From Candidatus Eiseniibacteriota bacterium (lineage in GTDB: Bacteria; Eisenbacteria; RBG-16-71-46; SZUA-252), in NCBI GenBank assembly GCA_031370645.1, contig JANMQV010000152.1, positions 102,473-166,472 of the forward strand: a stretch of DNA of 64,000 nucleotides. Direction: 5' to 3'. Under the pieces are notes generated by a model, which saw only the letters and a list, made by a program, of their open reading frames with translations, was not told the DNA's origin and ran no database searches. A program made the position numbers and the translations under genes. This document shows, piece by piece, positions 60,725-64,000 of the stretch. The stretch's first letter is position 1. Each line of letters opens with the position of its first letter.

Positions 60725-61707
60725 CGCGGGGTCGCATGGCGCTGACGGCGTTCGGCGTCGTGCTGAGCGTACTCGCCATCGTGGCGCTTCTCCGCGCGGT
60801 TCGCGCGGCCGACCTGGCCGAGCATCTCCGCGCCACGCGTCTCGAATGGCTCGCAGCGGGACTCCTCGTGACGACGTTTGGCTACGTGCTCCGCGCCTAT
60901 CGCTGGCGCGCGCTCCTCGCCCCGCAGCGCATGCTTCCCATCTCGCGCGTCTTCGGACCGACGGTCGTCGGGTTCCTCGCCATCAACACCCTTCCCGCGC
61001 GACTGGGGGAGTTCGTCCGCGCCTATCTCCTCGCGCGCTTCGAGAAGATTCCGACCGCTGGCGTCCTCGGCAGTTGCGCGCTCGAGCGGGTGCTCGATTT
61101 GGGATTCCTCGCGCTTTTCTGGGGCGTTTCGCTCCTCTTCGCTCCCTATCCCGAGTGGTTTCGGCTGAGCGGCTACCTGACATTCGGGCTCGGCGGCGTG
61201 GCCGCGGCGGCGCTCTGGCTCTTCCAGGCCCGCCGCGCCCAGACGGAGCGTTCGCTCGACTCCGGCTTTCTCTCCCGGCTGCCGGCGGGCCTGAAAGAGA
61301 CCATGAAGGGCGCCATTCCGGCCTTTTCGGAGGCGCTCACCGCGCTCGGCGCACCGGGAGTTCTCCCCCGAGCGACGGCCTGGTCCGCCGCGATGTGGCT
61401 CGTGAACGGGAGCGTCTTTCTTCTTATCGGTTACGCGGCAGGCCTTTCGCTCCCTTGGTGGTCCCCCTTCCTCCTCACGTTCGTGGTCTGCGTGGCAATC
61501 CTCCTCCCTTCATCGCCCGGTTTCGTGGGGGTCATGGAGGCGGCCTGCGTCGTGGGGCTCGCCCTCCTCGGAGTGGACAAGGCGAGCGGCCTTGCCTTCG
61601 GCCTCCTCTATCATTTGAGCCAAATCCTGCCTCTGGTCCTCCTCGGATCGGCTTTCGCCCTCCGCGCCCACCTCAAGCCGGCCGACCTCGCCCCTCAAGA
61701 ACCCTAA
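60721..61707 (+). CDS. UPF0104 / lysylphosphatidylglycerol-synthase TM (flippase-like) membrane protein
   Basis: LRAYRWR.LL, GFLAINTLPARLGEFVRA, LERVLD, LPSSPGFVGV.E; about 8 TM helices. Confidence 0.88.
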   Translation: MTRGRMALTAFGVVLSVLAIVALLRAVRAADLAEHLRATRLEWLAAGLLVTTFGYVLRAYRWRALLAPQRMLPISRVFGPTVVGFLAINTLPARLGEFVRAYLLARFEKIPTAGVLGSCALERVLDLGFLALFWGVSLLFAPYPEWFRLSGYLTFGLGGVAAAALWLFQARRAQTERSLDSGFLSRLPAGLKETMKGAIPAFSEALTALGAPGVLPRATAWSAAMWLVNGSVFLLIGYAAGLSLPWWSPFLLTFVVCVAILLPSSPGFVGVMEAACVVGLALLGVDKASGLAFGLLYHLSQILPLVLLGSAFALRAHLKPADLAPQEP

Positions 61708-61774
61708 ATAGGCAACGTCAGGCGACACCGACGGTCCAAACCCGGCCAGTTCGTTGACTGTAAAGCTTTTTTAG

Positions 61775-61803
61775 TTGACGGAGGGGGGGGGCGTTGGTAT
61801 ACT
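61775..61803 (+). promoter_or_regulatory. Sigma-70 promoter with a G9 homopolymer in the spacer
   Basis: TTGACG (61775-61780), 17-nt spacer containing G x9 (61783-61791), TG-n-TATACT (61795-61803). Confidence 0.72.
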
Positions 61804-61867
61804 GACTCGTGCAATAAATCCGCGCTCAGAGGGCACTTAGCGCAGGACGACGGGGAACGGAGGGTGG

Positions 61868-63865
61868 ATGGAGTCTTCCCAGAGGGAGACACATTCTGCT
61901 GTCGGCATTGACACCACCAGTCGTCTTGCTCTTTTTACCCTGATCGTCGTTGTAGGTTTCACCGCGTGGTTTTGGAATGCGGCAAAGCCCTGGGGTGTTT
62001 TCGGATTTCGGTTCGCCGGACTCGCGGCCCTGGCGGCGGTTTCGCTCCAGTACGCGAGAGGACGTCTTGAAGGAAGCAATCGGAGCGCGGGCGCAGCGCT
62101 CCTCGCGATAGGCGTCGTGATCGTGGCCGCCTGCAGCGCGGTCGGTTCGGTTCACCAAGGCAAGAGTCTCGAGGCCATGCTCAACCTACTCGCCATCCTA
62201 GGACTCTTCCTCGCCGCGATTTTCCTCGTGCGCGGCTCTCGCCACGCGCGCTGGCTTGTCTCCGCACAACTCCTCTGCGCCATTCCCGTCGCCGTCGTCG
62301 GCATCCTTCAGCACTTCCGCCCCGAACTCGTTCCCGCTGGATCCTCCTACCCGGGTCGTGCCCTCGGCCCCTTGGGACCCTTCGGACAACCGAATCGGCT
62401 CGGCGGATATTTGATCGCGGCGCTGCCGCTCGCGGTCACGCTCGCGTTTCTGGTTCAGGACCGGATGATTCGCGGAGCGCTCCTCGCCTCCGCGTTCGTT
62501 CTCGCCCTCTGCTTGGTCCTCACCTACTCGCGCGGCGCCTGGATCGCTTTCGCGGTCGCCGGATCGATGTTCGTGCTTCTTCTGGCGCGATGGCCGGTGC
62601 TCACGCCCCGCCCGCTGCTCCTCGGAGCCGCGCTCGCGGTGATCGTGCTGCCGGCGCTTCTGCTCCTTCCCTCGATGCTGTCTCGTGTCGCGCCTCGACC
62701 GGATTCCGGCAAGGCGTGGAATCTTCCGTTCGATCCCGAACGGGAGGGAAGCGCCGCCATGCGCGCCTCGGTGTGGCAGGGTTCGTTCGCGGCCGCGGCT
62801 TCGCGCCCGGTCTTCGGGTGGGGCGTCGGCGCGTTTCGCGAAGCGTTCGATCGCTCGAAGAGCGACACGATGAAGCGGCTGGAAGCCGAGGGAGGCCGGA
62901 CGGCCGACCAGGCTCACGGCTACTACCTGGCGACGCTGGTGGAGCGAGGCGTCCCCGGGCTCGCGATCTTCGCCCTGCTCGCGGTGGCCGCATTGGCCGC
63001 GGGCGTGGCGACGATCGGTTCTGGAGCGCCCGCCGAGGCGCGGCTACTCGCCGCCGGTCTCGTGGCCTCGGTCACGGCGCTCCTTGCTCACGCGCTCCTG
63101 GAGGACAACCTCGCGTTCGCGCCGCACGCCGTCATCTTGCACGCGAATCTGGGGCTTCTCCTCGCGACCGCTCCCGGGGCCCGCACGAAGCGGCGGGGAC
63201 TTCCGCTCTTCGGAGCGGCGGGAGTCGCGGTGGCGCTCGTGGCCGCTGGATTCGGCCTCCAGAGCGCCCGCGCCGAGGCTTCGGCGCTTGCAGCCGCGCA
63301 GGTCGGAGCGAGCGGTTCGGCACGCGCCGCGGAAGCCGGGTACGCCAGGGCCGGGCGGTTCGCGCCGTGGAGCGACGTCTACGCTCTCGGCGAAGCGAAG
63401 TCGGCCGAAGCGGCCGGCGAGTACCTTCGGGCCGAAACGGCGTACCGGCGCGCGGTCGATCTCAATCCGAGCGATCCGGTCACGAAACATGAATTCGCGC
63501 GGCTCTACCTCGGACACGAAGAGCGTTTCGGCGCTTCGGCTCGTCCCCGGGCGACCGCGCTCCTGGAAGCGGCCCTGGCGCAGAATCCGCACTATGCCGA
63601 GATCCGAAACGACCTCGGCGTGGCGCGGCTCCGCGCCGGCGACCGCGCGGGCGCGATCCGCGAGTTCCGCGAAGCCGCGGACGGACGGGCCGCGTTCGTC
63701 GATCCGCTGGTCAATCTCGCGGCTTTGGCGCTCGAGGATGGCGATCGCGCGGCGGCCGTCTCGTGGGCCCGGCGAGCGCTCGAGCGGAACCCCGGTTCCG
63801 CTCCGGCGCGCGCCATCGCGTCCGACCTCGGAATGGCCGAAGCCGGCTCCGCAGGCAACCCGTAA
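61868..63865 (+). CDS. O-antigen ligase / O-oligosaccharyltransferase-like (Wzy_C) membrane protein with C-terminal TPR repeats
   Basis: Many TM helices; GPFGQPN..GGYL, LTYSRGAW, PVFGWGVG.F, AHGYYL..LVE.G; TPRs such as YRRAVDLNP and NDLGVA. Confidence 0.85.
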   Translation: MESSQRETHSAVGIDTTSRLALFTLIVVVGFTAWFWNAAKPWGVFGFRFAGLAALAAVSLQYARGRLEGSNRSAGAALLAIGVVIVAACSAVGSVHQGKSLEAMLNLLAILGLFLAAIFLVRGSRHARWLVSAQLLCAIPVAVVGILQHFRPELVPAGSSYPGRALGPLGPFGQPNRLGGYLIAALPLAVTLAFLVQDRMIRGALLASAFVLALCLVLTYSRGAWIAFAVAGSMFVLLLARWPVLTPRPLLLGAALAVIVLPALLLLPSMLSRVAPRPDSGKAWNLPFDPEREGSAAMRASVWQGSFAAAASRPVFGWGVGAFREAFDRSKSDTMKRLEAEGGRTADQAHGYYLATLVERGVPGLAIFALLAVAALAAGVATIGSGAPAEARLLAAGLVASVTALLAHALLEDNLAFAPHAVILHANLGLLLATAPGARTKRRGLPLFGAAGVAVALVAAGFGLQSARAEASALAAAQVGASGSARAAEAGYARAGRFAPWSDVYALGEAKSAEAAGEYLRAETAYRRAVDLNPSDPVTKHEFARLYLGHEERFGASARPRATALLEAALAQNPHYAEIRNDLGVARLRAGDRAGAIREFREAADGRAAFVDPLVNLAALALEDGDRAAAVSWARRALERNPGSAPARAIASDLGMAEAGSAGNP

Positions 63866-63904
63866 GCGTTCATGAATTCGAAAATGATGATAGGAGGATT
63901 TACC

Positions 63905-63943
63905 ATGGAGTATCGAGATCGAGAGGAGGTGAGCAGCCGGTAG
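63905..63943 (+). CDS. Possible 12-aa small ORF (MEYRDREEVSSR)
   Basis: AGGAGG Shine-Dalgarno about 7 nt before the ATG, in an AT-richer intergenic stretch. Confidence 0.25.
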   Translation: MEYRDREEVSSR

Positions 63944-64000
63944 TCATCGGTTGTCCGTAAGTCTCGAAAGCAGCTTTGTTCCGAGTTTCATAATTCGTTC

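Overview
GC-rich, gene-dense core-genome region of a diderm (LPS-producing) bacterium. SprA, a DUF4837-like lipoprotein, a Bacteroidota-type glutaminyl cyclase-like protein and the tgt-yajC-def-fmt-rsmB-PASTA-rpe synteny point to an FCB-group or neighbouring candidate lineage (e.g. Eisenbacteria/Latescibacterota/Gemmatimonadota-like). This placement is inference only. There are about 60 CDS, almost all on the + strand, in this order: a translation/RNA-modification operon; galE and a split hldE; a MacA/MacB-like pair (-); an arginine-synthetase(ArcE)-like ATPase translationally coupled to sucCD, then ndk; yceD-rpmF-plsX-fabHDG-acpP-fabF-rnc; TPR protein, ECF sigma, anti-sigma and an HtrA-like protein; aroB-TPR-aroQ-accB-pilT/U-accC-comB; lptFG (-) divergent from a 2057-aa SprA and an M28 lipoprotein; rimP-nusA-infB-DUF503-rbfA-DHH-truB-ribF-rpsO-pnp-M16-dut; and an envelope-modification cluster ending in an O-antigen-ligase/TPR gene. 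No tRNA, rRNA, CRISPR array or mobile element was recognised. The most interesting observations are: (1) an arcE-sucCD-ndk substrate-level-phosphorylation operon in which two enzymes carry histone-H1-like Lys-rich tails; (2) an HtrA homologue with all three catalytic residues replaced, in an rpoE/anti-sigma operon; (3) a T9SS translocon SprA overlapping a QC-like lipoprotein gene and sharing an ECF-type promoter motif with the ECF sigma gene; (4) a deoxyhypusine-synthase-like gene inside an envelope cluster; and (5) a poly-G tract in the spacer of the O-antigen-ligase promoter. All family calls come from motif recognition by eye; no database searches were run.
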